Shown here: positions 1-11,451 of the stretch, piece by piece
Layout of the letters: every line of letters starts with the position of its first letter
Position numbering within the stretch: position 1 is the stretch's first letter
NCBI GenBank assembly: GCA_002269645.1
Contig: NIVC01002353.1
Span: 1-64,000 of the forward strand
Length of the DNA: 64,000 nucleotides
From: Macrostomum lignano
Taxonomy: Eukaryota
Direction of reading: 5' to 3'
Translations under genes and position numbers: made by a program
The notes under the pieces: model-generated
What the model saw: only the letters and a program-made list of their open reading frames with translations
What the model was told of the DNA's origin: nothing
The model's database searches: none

Positions 1-1959
1 CTTAGTGGGAGAATTGTTGAGATATCAAGGCTTAACAAGGGGAATTACTAAGATATCAAGCTTGAGGTCTAAAGCTACCTACATATAGTTTTTTTCATTT
101 TTTTAATTCTGAACAATTTTATTTAAGTAAAGGTGATTTACTAAACTAAATTAAGAATGCTTTTAATTTTTTTCATTTTAAAGGATTCTCATAAATTTTC
201 ATTCTTTGCTTATTGGGCATCCTAAAAGGGGGCACTAGATTGCTTGTAGAATCTAAGACTATACAAAAACTTAAGTATCTATATAAATTATCTTAATAAC
301 TTTTTTTAATTAGATGTATGGATTATACAAAGCATTTAATTAAAATAATAAAGAAGTAATAGCAAATTATTTTTAAGACGAAAGAAAGAAGTCTATTATA
401 GTTAAGTTAACACTATTTATCTAACCTCACCTTTTATGATTTTTAGCTATTTGCCAAAGATCAAAGTCAAATAGTAGTTACAAGGGTAATACTTTAGATA
501 AGAAAGGCATTAAAGACTGCCATCAAAAACCAAAAGAAAATAATTTCTAAGAATGCTTGCTATAGACCTATGTTTTTGATAAATTAAATTAAGTGTGTAA
601 ATCATTAATTGTATACCTTAGGTATTGAGGAACTTTTGGTTTTTAATTGCAATTTATACTGAGTTTTTCTAGGGTAACTCTTAAGTTTTTGGGGTTTAGG
701 ACTAAAGCAATAGATTTTTCACTTTAAGTGCACATTGTGTAAATAGAATATATAGTAGGCTAAAGTCAAAATTAATATTTTAATTTTTAATGCAAATGGA
801 GCTCTTAAGTCCTTAAGGTTAGATACTCTAGTAACAGAGCCATGTGCACATTGCATATATAAAGTGATAAAGGCTAAATTTAAGGTTAATGTTTAAATTC
901 TCACTTCAAAAAGAGCTCCTAAGTCCCTAGATTTAGGAACTCACAATAAAAATTTATAGTACTATGTGCACATTGTAATCTATTAATCTATATAACCCCT
1001 ATTAATCTAGGTAATAGGGGTTAAAGTTATAAATATATTTTTTCAATACAAAGGCCTAAAGTAGTCCTTAATCTCTATAGTCAAGGACTCAAGCAATATA
1101 TTTTCTATGCCACATATGCATTTTTGGTTAGTATAGTAAGGGTTGAAGTTAGGATAAATGTAATATTAGCCATTCTTCTTATGCAATAAGAAGCATTCTT
1201 CTTGTGCATTCTTCTTGTGTATTCTTATGTGATATATTAAAATTATACTATTGCCATTGGATTTAGTATCATTAAAAGTTATTGGAAGTTATTAGAAATC
1301 AATTAACTATAGGTAGATAAGATAGAACCATTATAGATAGACTATGAGAAAAATTATGACTATAAATATAGTAAAGCTATAGAAAGCAAGGCAAATGCAC
1401 TTATTAACAATAAAGAGCTAGCATTAGTCAAAGCTGGCATTAATATATAAGAGCAAGCAAGCAATACTATGTTTATTTCATAGCCTCATCATACAAAGAA
1501 AAAGTATGCTCAGAGTCCCATCCTAACCTAATCAACCCTAAGACTCTTCACATTACCAATTCCAGAACCAGAATCAGTTCGGATCTTCCAAGAAAAACAG
1601 CAGTATAACTATTTAACTCTGTTGATATTTGACTGCCTTTAACAGCCTTACTTTGCAAAATTTTTAACTTTCTTCTTGGCAATTTTCATTCAATAATTAA
1701 GAGTTTATAGCAGGTATATCCCACTAGTTAAGGAGACAAAAAATTATACTTTACAAATTGGTTCTGGTTCTAGAACCAGAACAAGCAATATGAAGAGCCT
1801 CCCTTACTAGCCAATCATAAAGCAGAGTTAGCCAATCATTGCTTCATAAATAGAGCCAATTATTTTGGAGGCTAAAAAACAATAAAAATAGGGCTTAAGC
1901 TAATTGGCTTAGGTGTACTTATCATATATGTAAGGGTGATTCAAATGAACAAAAACAAA

Positions 1960-3150
1960 GAATGAAATATATTGGATGACTCAACAAACCTTGTAGGTAA
2001 AATGCATTTGTAGTTCAAGAGTGCCCAGTACAATAGTAGTTCTAAATGAACATTGACTGCAAAAACCAATGTGTTTCAACCCACTAGGGCCATGATCAAG
2101 GTATATTATTTATCAATCAACCAAACACTTAATATAAATAAACAATTGTACTATATAGTGTCAAATTGAAAATGGAAGATAAAAAATATACAAAAGAACA
2201 TAAAAAACTGAGGGTTGAAGTTAAGCAAGAAGAGAGAGTGAGAGAAGGAAAAATAAAATGTACATGCAAAGAACTGGTCAATCTCAAAACACCCTAAGAA
2301 GGTGACCCGCACCACTATGCAACAGCTGCACATAGAGGCTTGGGTTTTGAGCCTTGAAATGCAGTGCTTGCAGAATGCCAAGCTTGAATTCAGAATTGGA
2401 ACAATCAATAATCTTAAAAGCTCAATCTGTTCTCTGTCACAGCAGCTCTTGCACTCCAGAAGGTGGTCCTAGATTGCAGATTTCTTTAGCCAATGCTTCC
2501 TAACATTGGTGCCTTTTCGTTTTTCCCATGTATAAGATATTCTGATCATCAGAACAACAAAATTTATACATAACACCTGCAGCCAAAGCATGAGGAACAT
2601 AGGACTTGAGCTTGCTAACAAATTGACCCACATTGACTAAATGCAAAAACAATCCTAATTAATACAAGGATTGAAATATATCCTCAAAGTGTAGTGTTCC
2701 ACGAACGTAGTGTTCCACTATTTCCAAAAATATCTCTCAAGTTTCTTTTTCAACAAGTTAGATAGGATACCATTGAAAGACAAGATCATTATAGGGTCAT
2801 CCAGCTTTTCACCATGATTCTGCTGCAACCTGCTAGTAACCTTATCAGTGACAAACCTGAAAATTAAACAACTAATGAAATTGTTAGGGTATCCATTCAT
2901 GCTGAAAATCCTCTAATCAAATTGTTCACCTCTTTATCAAATGTGGACTCACCTCTTTATCAAAGGAAAATTGCAGTCAATGTTGATTTTAAGCTTTATT
3001 TATTTGCTATTAATTAAGCGACCAACTCTACCACAATAGTAGTTCTATCTGGCATGTACCAATTGATACAAGTTACATATGACTTAGTTAACTTAGTCAA
3101 TCCAAACAGTCATGATTGCTTACCTTTTAGGCTTTTTTGTTATATATTTT
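1960..3150 (-). mobile_element. Decayed Penelope-like retroelement (RT C-terminus plus GIY-YIG endonuclease relic)
   Basis: Manual minus-strand translation gives ..STFDKEVNNLIRGFSMNGYPNNFI (about 2870-2950, PLE RT C-terminal NGYP motif), GVMYKFCCSDDQNILYMGKTKRH (about 2500-2580, GIY-YIG core) and FKIIDCSNSEFKLGILQALHFKAQNPSLYVQL (about 2325-2420), with stops and frameshifts. Boundaries are approximate. Confidence 0.6.
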
Positions 3151-4404
3151 AATTGTTTAAACAATGTTATCAAGTATAAAAGATAGAGAATTGGGTCATT
3201 ACTAGTCATTAATTTTACCAGAGTAAGCAAGTAGCTCCTAGGTTCCTACTTGTACTTTTATTACTCGACCTTTCAAGTATTGTATCATAAAATATATTTC
3301 ATAGATTGTATTGAATTCAGTTACATTATAGATGAATAAATTAGTATCAATAGTTATAGTATTTTAAATGCACTTCTGAACAGTTTTTAAAGAATTCGAT
3401 ATTAAAAATATGTTGACTTTCTATTAAGTAAAAGTAATTTGATGGCAACTGTTTTGTGTAGTATTGATATGATTTGCCTCAGACTGAATAGTTGATGTAT
3501 ACTAAAAATATTAGATATAAATTAGTATATGGATTTATTTATTCATAAATATCTATTCTGTTGTGATTAAAATAAAGACCTAAACATTTTGATTTAAACT
3601 CATATATAACACAATGGACCATATTGACTAAATAGATTATGATCTTTAAATTGTTTTTATTAGACTTGATACTGAAATTTTTACTGAAATGGCAATCTAA
3701 TTTCATTTATTTCAAAATTTGCATTTTCTCATTTACCTACTATAGCTTTATTAGATAAGCTTTTATTTATAAGCATTGGTATCTTTGAAAGTAGTATAGT
3801 TTGCACATCAGTTCTAATACAAACCAAAACTGTCTAACAATAATTTATTTAAGGCTTTCAATTGAATACAGGCATAGTTATGGCATAGCAATAAAGCAAA
3901 GACAAGCTGCTATGTCTGCATAGTTTTTGCTTAACTATGATTTCACCAATGCCATTTAATAAACAGTGGTGTTGTAAATAAATTCTCTTTGAAAACATTT
4001 CATTCATACCAAAGCACAAGTGCAAGGATATTGTCAATGGCCTCCTAATGTTGAGACAATGGTTAAAATGGGATTTTATTGTAGCTAGTTACTGGGCATA
4101 AAACTGACTGCTTCAGTACAATGCAGCACACATTGTTTTTAATTGCAATGAACAACAATAAAAGTTTATATACTGGGGTGCAATGAGTGTTATATACTGG
4201 GATGCATGCTCGCAATATCGATAGGAAATGGTGTGAATTTTAGTCATATAGTTTTTGTGCATATTTACTTGAAAATACTTGTTGGTCGTGATTTTTTATG
4301 CTTTTATAATGCTACTAAATAAAGTACCGACTTCAGAGGTTTAAGTTTTTGTGTCAGAAAATAGTAGAACATAAAAGCCGACCAACTCAGTATTGTCCAG
4401 ATGC

Positions 4405-6069
4405 CTATGCCAGCTCAGCGTCTGCTGCAGATGCTGCTTGCAGTTGCTGATTCTCCTTCCGCCTCACACTGAACAGTTGAATGAAAAGCTCAAAGAATTC
4501 AAAGGTGCTGATAATGGACACGCCCAGCCACAGGCCGAGGATACCGCCGATGTCGGAGGCCAAATTTCGGGCCAGATAGGCCCAGTTCTCGCGCACAATG
4601 TTGCCCATTGTGGAGTGACTGTACACTGTGAGCTTGGCGAACCGCTGCAGCGCGTACGGGTCATTTTTAAGGTGCTCCATGATCTCTTCCAGCACTTCAG
4701 TACTGTCGCCCCTGCTCCTTGCCTCGTGCATTGTCCTCTGAGTCGCCTCCCATAGCGCCTGGCGCGTCTCGTTGGCATCATTTGGCCATTTGTTCTGCAT
4801 CACCCGCATCTCGTAGCGAGTGTTGTTACACTTCAGAGGGCAGTAGCTGTCTTTTTTCGTTTTCTTAGCCGATACTTGTTTGTGAATTTCATTGATGGCG
4901 TTGTCGTGGCACTCTTGTTTCTCCCTAACTGAGCTACTGTCGTTCGATTTTGCGCCCCTACTTTGCTTGAGTCTCTCCTCGTTGATGTGGTGACAGAATG
5001 TGATGTTGTGGCGGGTGATGTTCCTAAACTTAGCCGGCAGAGGCAGGATTTCGGAAACGCAGCGGCAGCTCTCGTTCAAAAAGTTTTGATACAAATTGAC
5101 CTGGCAGTCCCTGACGCTGTACCTGTATTGAGTGACCTTTCCGTATCTATCCACGAATTCTAATGGCTGCAGGCTTTCCTCTTCAGCGCATTTTCTCAGC
5201 ACCACCTCTTCAGTGTAGCCTAGTTGTACGTAGGTGCACGCATGCTCTTGTACATAAAATCCTTCGAGCATCTCCGGTCGCGTCCCTTTTTCCTGTATGA
5301 CAGCTCGGAAGCCTTTGGAGTATCTCAGTGAATCTTCCTCGCTGATGAAGTTCATCATATCTCCGACATACATGATCACACTGAGGCCGCCGTCTCTTTC
5401 GCCTCCCACCAGCAGATGCCGCTCCCTTGGCGAAAATGTAAAGCAACTGAAGTAGTTTGGATCAATGTACTCCGTGAAGTTTATGTATGAGCAGATTGTT
5501 CCGGCAAAATCACAGTGTAGAATCATCTCCTGGCTCTGTTTCGTGATGTTCACCTCGTGCAGATACGACTTTAGCGAGTTCAGCAAGTCGCCGTTTATCT
5601 CGCTGTCACTTTCGTTGTTTGGATCCCAGAAGCTGCGTATGTCAGACACTAGCTCCTTTATAGGCTTGTTGAGACTTCTAATTTTTGGATTGCGTTCGTA
5701 ACGCCGCAGACTAAAGTGGCTGGTGGCGCAGATGCTGATGTCGGGGAACACAAAATTGGTGCTGTAGACACTTATCTCAGTGTTCACTGGCCCTTCGTTA
5801 AATCGGCTAAAGAGCGAGATCAAATGAGCGCTGAAGCCCGAAAATGCAGTTATAATTATGAGCAGCCACACGATCCTGTGAAGAATGCTGGAGCCTTGAA
5901 AGATTTTATGAAACCCATGCGCTGATGTGCTCTCGCAGAACTGCTTTAGCAGCTTCTTTGACGGGCTTTCCCCAAAGCCGTCTCGCCGCATCTTCTCCAC
6001 CATCTTAGAGAGCTTGTTCGGTCTCGAGTTGCCTGCTGATTGTCTTTTTTCCGACGAATTGGTTGCCAT
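4405..6069 (-). CDS. DEG/ENaC (ASIC/FaNaC-like) amiloride-sensitive cation channel subunit, single exon, 554 aa
   Basis: FCESTSAHG pre-TM1 motif, TM1 RIVWLLIIITAFSGFSAHL, FPDISIC post-TM1 motif, Cys-rich ectodomain, and TM2 LASDIGGILGLWLGVSIISTFEFFEL with GxS filter. ATG at 6067-6069, stop at 4405-4407. Confidence 0.93.
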   Translation of the reverse strand: MATNSSEKRQSAGNSRPNKLSKMVEKMRRDGFGESPSKKLLKQFCESTSAHGFHKIFQGSSILHRIVWLLIIITAFSGFSAHLISLFSRFNEGPVNTEISVYSTNFVFPDISICATSHFSLRRYERNPKIRSLNKPIKELVSDIRSFWDPNNESDSEINGDLLNSLKSYLHEVNITKQSQEMILHCDFAGTICSYINFTEYIDPNYFSCFTFSPRERHLLVGGERDGGLSVIMYVGDMMNFISEEDSLRYSKGFRAVIQEKGTRPEMLEGFYVQEHACTYVQLGYTEEVVLRKCAEEESLQPLEFVDRYGKVTQYRYSVRDCQVNLYQNFLNESCRCVSEILPLPAKFRNITRHNITFCHHINEERLKQSRGAKSNDSSSVREKQECHDNAINEIHKQVSAKKTKKDSYCPLKCNNTRYEMRVMQNKWPNDANETRQALWEATQRTMHEARSRGDSTEVLEEIMEHLKNDPYALQRFAKLTVYSHSTMGNIVRENWAYLARNLASDIGGILGLWLGVSIISTFEFFELFIQLFSVRRKENQQLQAASAADAELA

Positions 6070-7950
6070 TAGCTGGTTATCTTGACTACTTGACCAGTGG
6101 TTTGGTTTGCTTTGTAAAAGTGAGTTTCAGACTCTAAAAAGCCTGGCTTTACCTGTCTGTTCAGATTTTATCAGAGTTCTTGTCCACCTCTTGTCTTCCA
6201 TTCCACGCAGCTTTTGCCCACTCATCCCAGCCAATCTTATGCACTTTGGTCGGCCACTGACCCAGTTTTCCCTGGTTGGCTGGGACGAGCCCCGGCTGTT
6301 CATGATGCCCCAGCTGCATTGGAATCGAGAATTGGGACTCCCGGAAGTCAAGCCCTGCGGGGTTCCGGGAGAACAAATGCATTTCTACCTTTCCTCCTCC
6401 CATTGCAAAGGAGAGATAACTGGCAGTTCGTTAATTTTGCTTGTTTGCTTCGTGGGAGATAAAAATAGTTTATAAATTGCTCTTATTTTTGCCCAGAAAG
6501 AAATGAACTTTTGAATAAGCCGAGAAAATTAACAAATTAGGCTTTGCCAGATTATACCTTATATTGCAGTTGATTTGGGCTTTGGTTTTATTTTTGTAGC
6601 ATTTTGAATTGACTGTCAAAATATCTCGTGCTGTTAGTCTCGGCTTTTTAAAAAGAAAAATCAAACACATTGTTTGCTTAACATCAAGCGCGCTGCAGAT
6701 CTGTAGAAAACTGGGCTGCTGTCTCCATTCATGTGGAGTTGTCACGCGCGGTTTTGACATTTTACTGCAAACTTCTTGAATTTGATTGCTGTTGCTCCGA
6801 ATGCTTTTGCTAGTTTCGATTGCTACCATCGCGGGTGTTTCTATCTACAGACGTTATGATCTTTGCCAGCAGTAGTTGTACTTCTGTTGCTGTTTTACAG
6901 GTGTTTTTCTAATATTTAAGTCTGTCAGAAGCAATCAAGCAAATCCGCCACCCTAGTGTTTTGTCCAACTGTCAAAGTCGCTGATAGCCAGACGTGTCAC
7001 GAGCCTAGCAATGGGCTGCGTTGCATCAACTGGCACCGCTTGCTTATGTATACCGGTAGAACAGACAAATTTGCAATTGCAAAAATTCTTAAAGGGAATG
7101 TCTGGGTTTGCTTTGTGTAAGCCTCCGATTAAGTTAAAATGTCAGTCTGTACTGCCTGGGGTCTGCGACCTTAATCGTTTGAAGCATTGGATAGACATTC
7201 TAAGCACTACTGTCACTTTTTTGCTACCTCTGTACTAGTGGCAGTCAGCGCCAGACGCCTCTTGTTTTGCAGCAGCACCCTCTTGCATCGCAATAAATGT
7301 GCTGCGGCAGCCTCTGCTGATACCGGATGCTAGGGGAGTTTCCTGGAAATGGTTTCAATTATCTATCTACCGTTTCTGATTAATGCATTGGTGTCTGACC
7401 CAAAGGCTAAAATAACTCTTGGAAAATCGCAATCGTTGGTTAAAAACGGAAGTTGGCAAAGCGCACCGTTAAAGCAATTTAATATCTTAGCAGAATTCCG
7501 AAGTGTCGTAATATAAACTAGAGTGTACGACGGTGACCTTGGACGCTTCTGCAATTACGATGCTGATAAAAATTCGTAATTCCCTCAAATCGAATAGTGT
7601 GCAGCTCAAAAAAAGAAATGGATCGGTCCTAGTGCATTCAGTTAAGTATAGCATTAATTAGGCTAAGGGAAACTAAATAAGGACAATTATTAAAGCGGGC
7701 GTTTGCGTTCTTGAAAAATTCATGCGCATTTGTTTTACTTGAAATAAAGTCAAGACAAAACTTTATTTTGGTTCAAAAGCACGAAAAACTTTACCGGCTA
7801 AAAAGCCTGCTTTATATTAAACTATTTGTTATTGATCGGCATACTCACCGCACCCCCCAACCCGCGCTAGCAAGTACATGCAGCGAGAGAGAGAGAGAGA
7901 GAGCAAAACAACTCTACCTAGCCCCGCCCCCAGCGCGCACGTAGGCCAAG

Positions 7951-8926
7951 CTATCACATTATCATACAGTCTAGCCAACAAGTGAGTCAAAATAATGGAG
8001 ATTTTACCATAGACAATTGACAATCAGGGTGCAATAATGCGCCAAAAATGCACGCTGGCGGCTTTCAGCGTGCAATAATGCAACAACACAAACTTTATAT
8101 TTTACGAAAAGCAAACGTAGCAAATAGTTGAACATTTTTAACGAGCTCTTCGTCTAGTAGTCAGTGCTCTAGTAGTAACTCGAAAACTCAGTAACTCACT
8201 CAGTACTCATCAGTACTCACTGATCACCGAATTTGAAGTTGTAATTGCTGAAACTACCACTCAGATGAATATGTAGCTCCGGTCGAACAGTATCGGCCGA
8301 AGATGCTTGAACGTCAACCTTGACATTTTGGACTGACGTCGTCATTCCAACACTTGCCACCCGCTTTGGGACCTCGGAGATAGACGTAGCATCCCCCGCC
8401 GAATCCATATCGCCAGATGGTCCGACGATAGCCACAGACTTATCGTTGGTCGCAGAAGAGGAACTGGCTCCATACAGCGATGCTGACAACACGTCGGACA
8501 TCTTGCCCTCGTCCTCCTCATCTCCTCGTCCTGTCTGTCGACAATCGCTTGCAGTTCAGTTGTGGAACCTCCAACATCCGGAATTGATTCCGAGTCTTCA
8601 CCCTCCACCAAGGGAATCAGATTGAACAGTTCCTCCAGAGTAGGTAGGAGCGGCTCATCATCGAACATCGTCCGCTCGATCAACGAATTTCTGTCCATGA
8701 GCTCTACATGCTTCTCGATTTCCGCCGTAGTCAAGCCGGTTATGCAATTGTCCGGGAATTGAGACAGATGAATCATGTTTTCAAATGAACGCACACTGAG
8801 ACGAACAAATATCGCGCTGTAGTGGAGAGAAAGATATTCCTTGCCTCCCTCAACCCTGTTCTTTGCAAATTGCCATAGACAAAAATGAATAGCCACTGTT
8901 GGCTAGTCTATATGATAATGTGATAG
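7951..8926. mobile_element. Unclassified non-autonomous DNA element with 30-bp terminal inverted repeats
   Basis: 7951-7980 ctatcacattatcatacagtctagccaaca versus the reverse complement of 8897-8926 ctatcacattatcatatagactagccaaca (28/30). AAG flanks both ends (7948-7950 and 8927-8929). Confidence 0.65.
8217..8776 (-). pseudogene. Acidic about 186-aa cargo ORF inside the TIR element, broken by one frameshift near 8520
   Basis: MIHLSQFPDNCITGLTTAEIEKHVELMD... joins DEEDEGKMSDVLSAS...ELHIHLSGSFSNYNFKFGDQ* if one base is restored in the gaggag run. No recognisable catalytic motif. Confidence 0.45.
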
Positions 8927-11451
8927 AAGCACGGCTTGCGCGTGCAACAACGCCATAGACACTCGTGGTCCTAGGCGTTGTTGCACTTGCAAGCCGTGCA
9001 CTATCTTTCCATTGTTTAGCAATTTGACGATCATTATTCACATTTTTAATGCAGAACAATCCACTACTACAAACAATGCATTGTCTGTAGGATCGTCAAA
9101 CAGAAAAACAATGCAAAGAATCAGCGGTCGCAGCACGTGACAACGATTTGTCTATGGCTCGCGCCTACCGGCGCTCGCCAGACAATCGTTGTCACGCACT
9201 GGGACCGCTGATTATTTATCCATTACTACTCTACGTAAAAGTGCAGCGCATCCTCTATGGGAAAAAAGGGTCCAAGATAGCTGCGGTTTATCTTTGAAGG
9301 GGTGGTTACGGACTAGGGAAAGCGTAGGAGCGGTTGTATACAAATGCTTGTAAAAGCAGATACCCAGATAGCGCTGTGTCTTATCCAGCTGAGGGTAAAG
9401 ACTGACCCGACCTCCCACTGCCAAATGACCGGGCGATCGCTGGAGAGATTTCTGCGCACACTTTTGGGAACAAGAAAGGTTTGCAATTGAAGAGAAGGAA
9501 TGGGAGAGGCTTGGAGCGGAAAAGCTGCTGATCTGCGGGTGTATCATCATGGAGCCGGGAATAGCTAAGGCGCTATTGCGTTTTTACGTACCCTATGCAG
9601 CGTAACTACAAAGAAATCTGGTCATTTCGTGTTCAGCGCGCTTGTATTTTTGGAAGCTGCATTGGCTTTAGAGATTTGATTTATAAGTTGAACTACTTGC
9701 AAGGAGGCGGTTATTCATTGTGCTTACAGCAATAAAGCGCAGAGCGAATGACTTGCTTTTTTTTTCTAGCTTGTAACGAAGTAAATTTACCAAATGATAT
9801 AGTAAGTACATGCATGTAGGCGCCCATAGCTGCTTTCTCTTGGATAAAACACACGTGACATATTTCTGTCATGTGTTCGCTTCTGATTGCTTGGCCTTGG
9901 AACTAGCTTCAACGAATTGTCCTTTCGCCGATTTTCCATGGCATATCTATCCCAGCAATCCTCGGCTGATTCATCTTAGGCTCGATTAACCCGTAGCCTT
10001 TCTTCGCCGGCTCTTTCGATGTAAACTTAAAAAATTTTCTTCAAAGAATCTTCTCTACCCCCCCCCCCGACGCAGGCAGCTGGGCGGGATGGAGTGTATT
10101 GGCTCTGGTTCGGCCTGTTAGGCAGTCAGTTGTCGTTCCTACCCTCTCTTCTGCCTGCTTGATCTCGATGACATTTTCGATATCGATATCGGCTAGCCTT
10201 CACAAATCCTTCCGGACCAGCTGCCTTTTTTCCTCTCGATTTCTCTTCTGGCAGCAATATACAGGAAATCTTGGGGTATCCAACCGCCCTGTCTCAGTTT
10301 CTTGACCGCACCTCTCTTTTTCTGCCTCATTTTCCGCACCTGCTGGTTCGCATTTATTACCGCGTTTGCTGCGGCGGCACTAAATGTTTTGCGGTAGTAC
10401 GAATTTTTTTGCTTTCGGCAGCAAATACGAGCGTAATTATATTGGGGGGAAGGGCGCGAGCATCTGTTCGTATTTGCTGGCAGAAGCACCCTCAGGTGCC
10501 GGGCGGAACCCTTTTTTGCCTCGCATCTTCCAGTTGTCCGCCACTTGCTTTTCATCTCACTGCGCACAGACAGGAATTTGTTAGAATCGTCTTGCCGTGC
10601 GCTGTCTGTTCGAGCCGTTACATCATTGGCTTTCAATATGGCAATTTAAGCCATATTTGTCTAGCGAATCTGGAGCCTTGCTGCGTCCGTGTTATTTTAG
10701 TAAACCTCTGGGGCCCCACAAGCACCCGTAAGAACTATGTCTGGGTTTCAATTGCATAAGTACCTAGCTCTTGAAGTTTTGTATTATTGGAACTTTGCAG
10801 ACTGTTTGAATCCCAAGGCGCTTCTTCCGAATTCCGGCCTAATCTACGCAGCCTTGCTCTCTCGCTGGCTTTGCCAATTAGGCACGCTGCTTAATGTACT
10901 GCGCTGCATAACTTTTCAAACTTTTCGGTTGAAAAAGCCTTAGGTTCGCAGCTCCTGCTGGGACTTCGCTTGGGGTCTCAGTAGATGATTGCCTGTCGGA
11001 AAGTCGCTGGAATGAACTGGGCCGGTCCAATTTCTCTGTGCTCCACGAGCCGTGACGCATATATACATGTCGCGGATTGGATTAGTTTGAATTATATTTT
11101 AATGTATCAAAACTTAAGAAACTCTGTTAGATAAAATGAAATTTGCCCGGTTCTTAGTACAGTTTTTTAGACATAAAGGCCAAGCTGTATTGTACCAGAT
11201 AATGAACTGCAGTGCCCATCTAAGCAGACTACCGATCATTACTTATCGTAAACTCGCGAAAGGCGCGTTCTGAATTTTTCATCCACTGACCGAATCGACC
11301 CATTAAACCCACACGCTGCCTCTAGCCCTACCGCAGGAGTTGAGGTTTTTTATAGCCTTAGTAGTTTTTAATATTACCGCATAATTTATGAATTAGTATA
11401 GTTAGTATGGGATTAAGACTTCATTGAGCCCTGCACCCCGCGCCTTTCCAG

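Noticed and set aside
9212-10760. Short ORFs with protein-like stretches (e.g. RLADIDIENVIEIKQAEE)
   Set aside because: Broken by stops and frameshifts and without a recognisable motif; may be a TE relic but cannot be supported.
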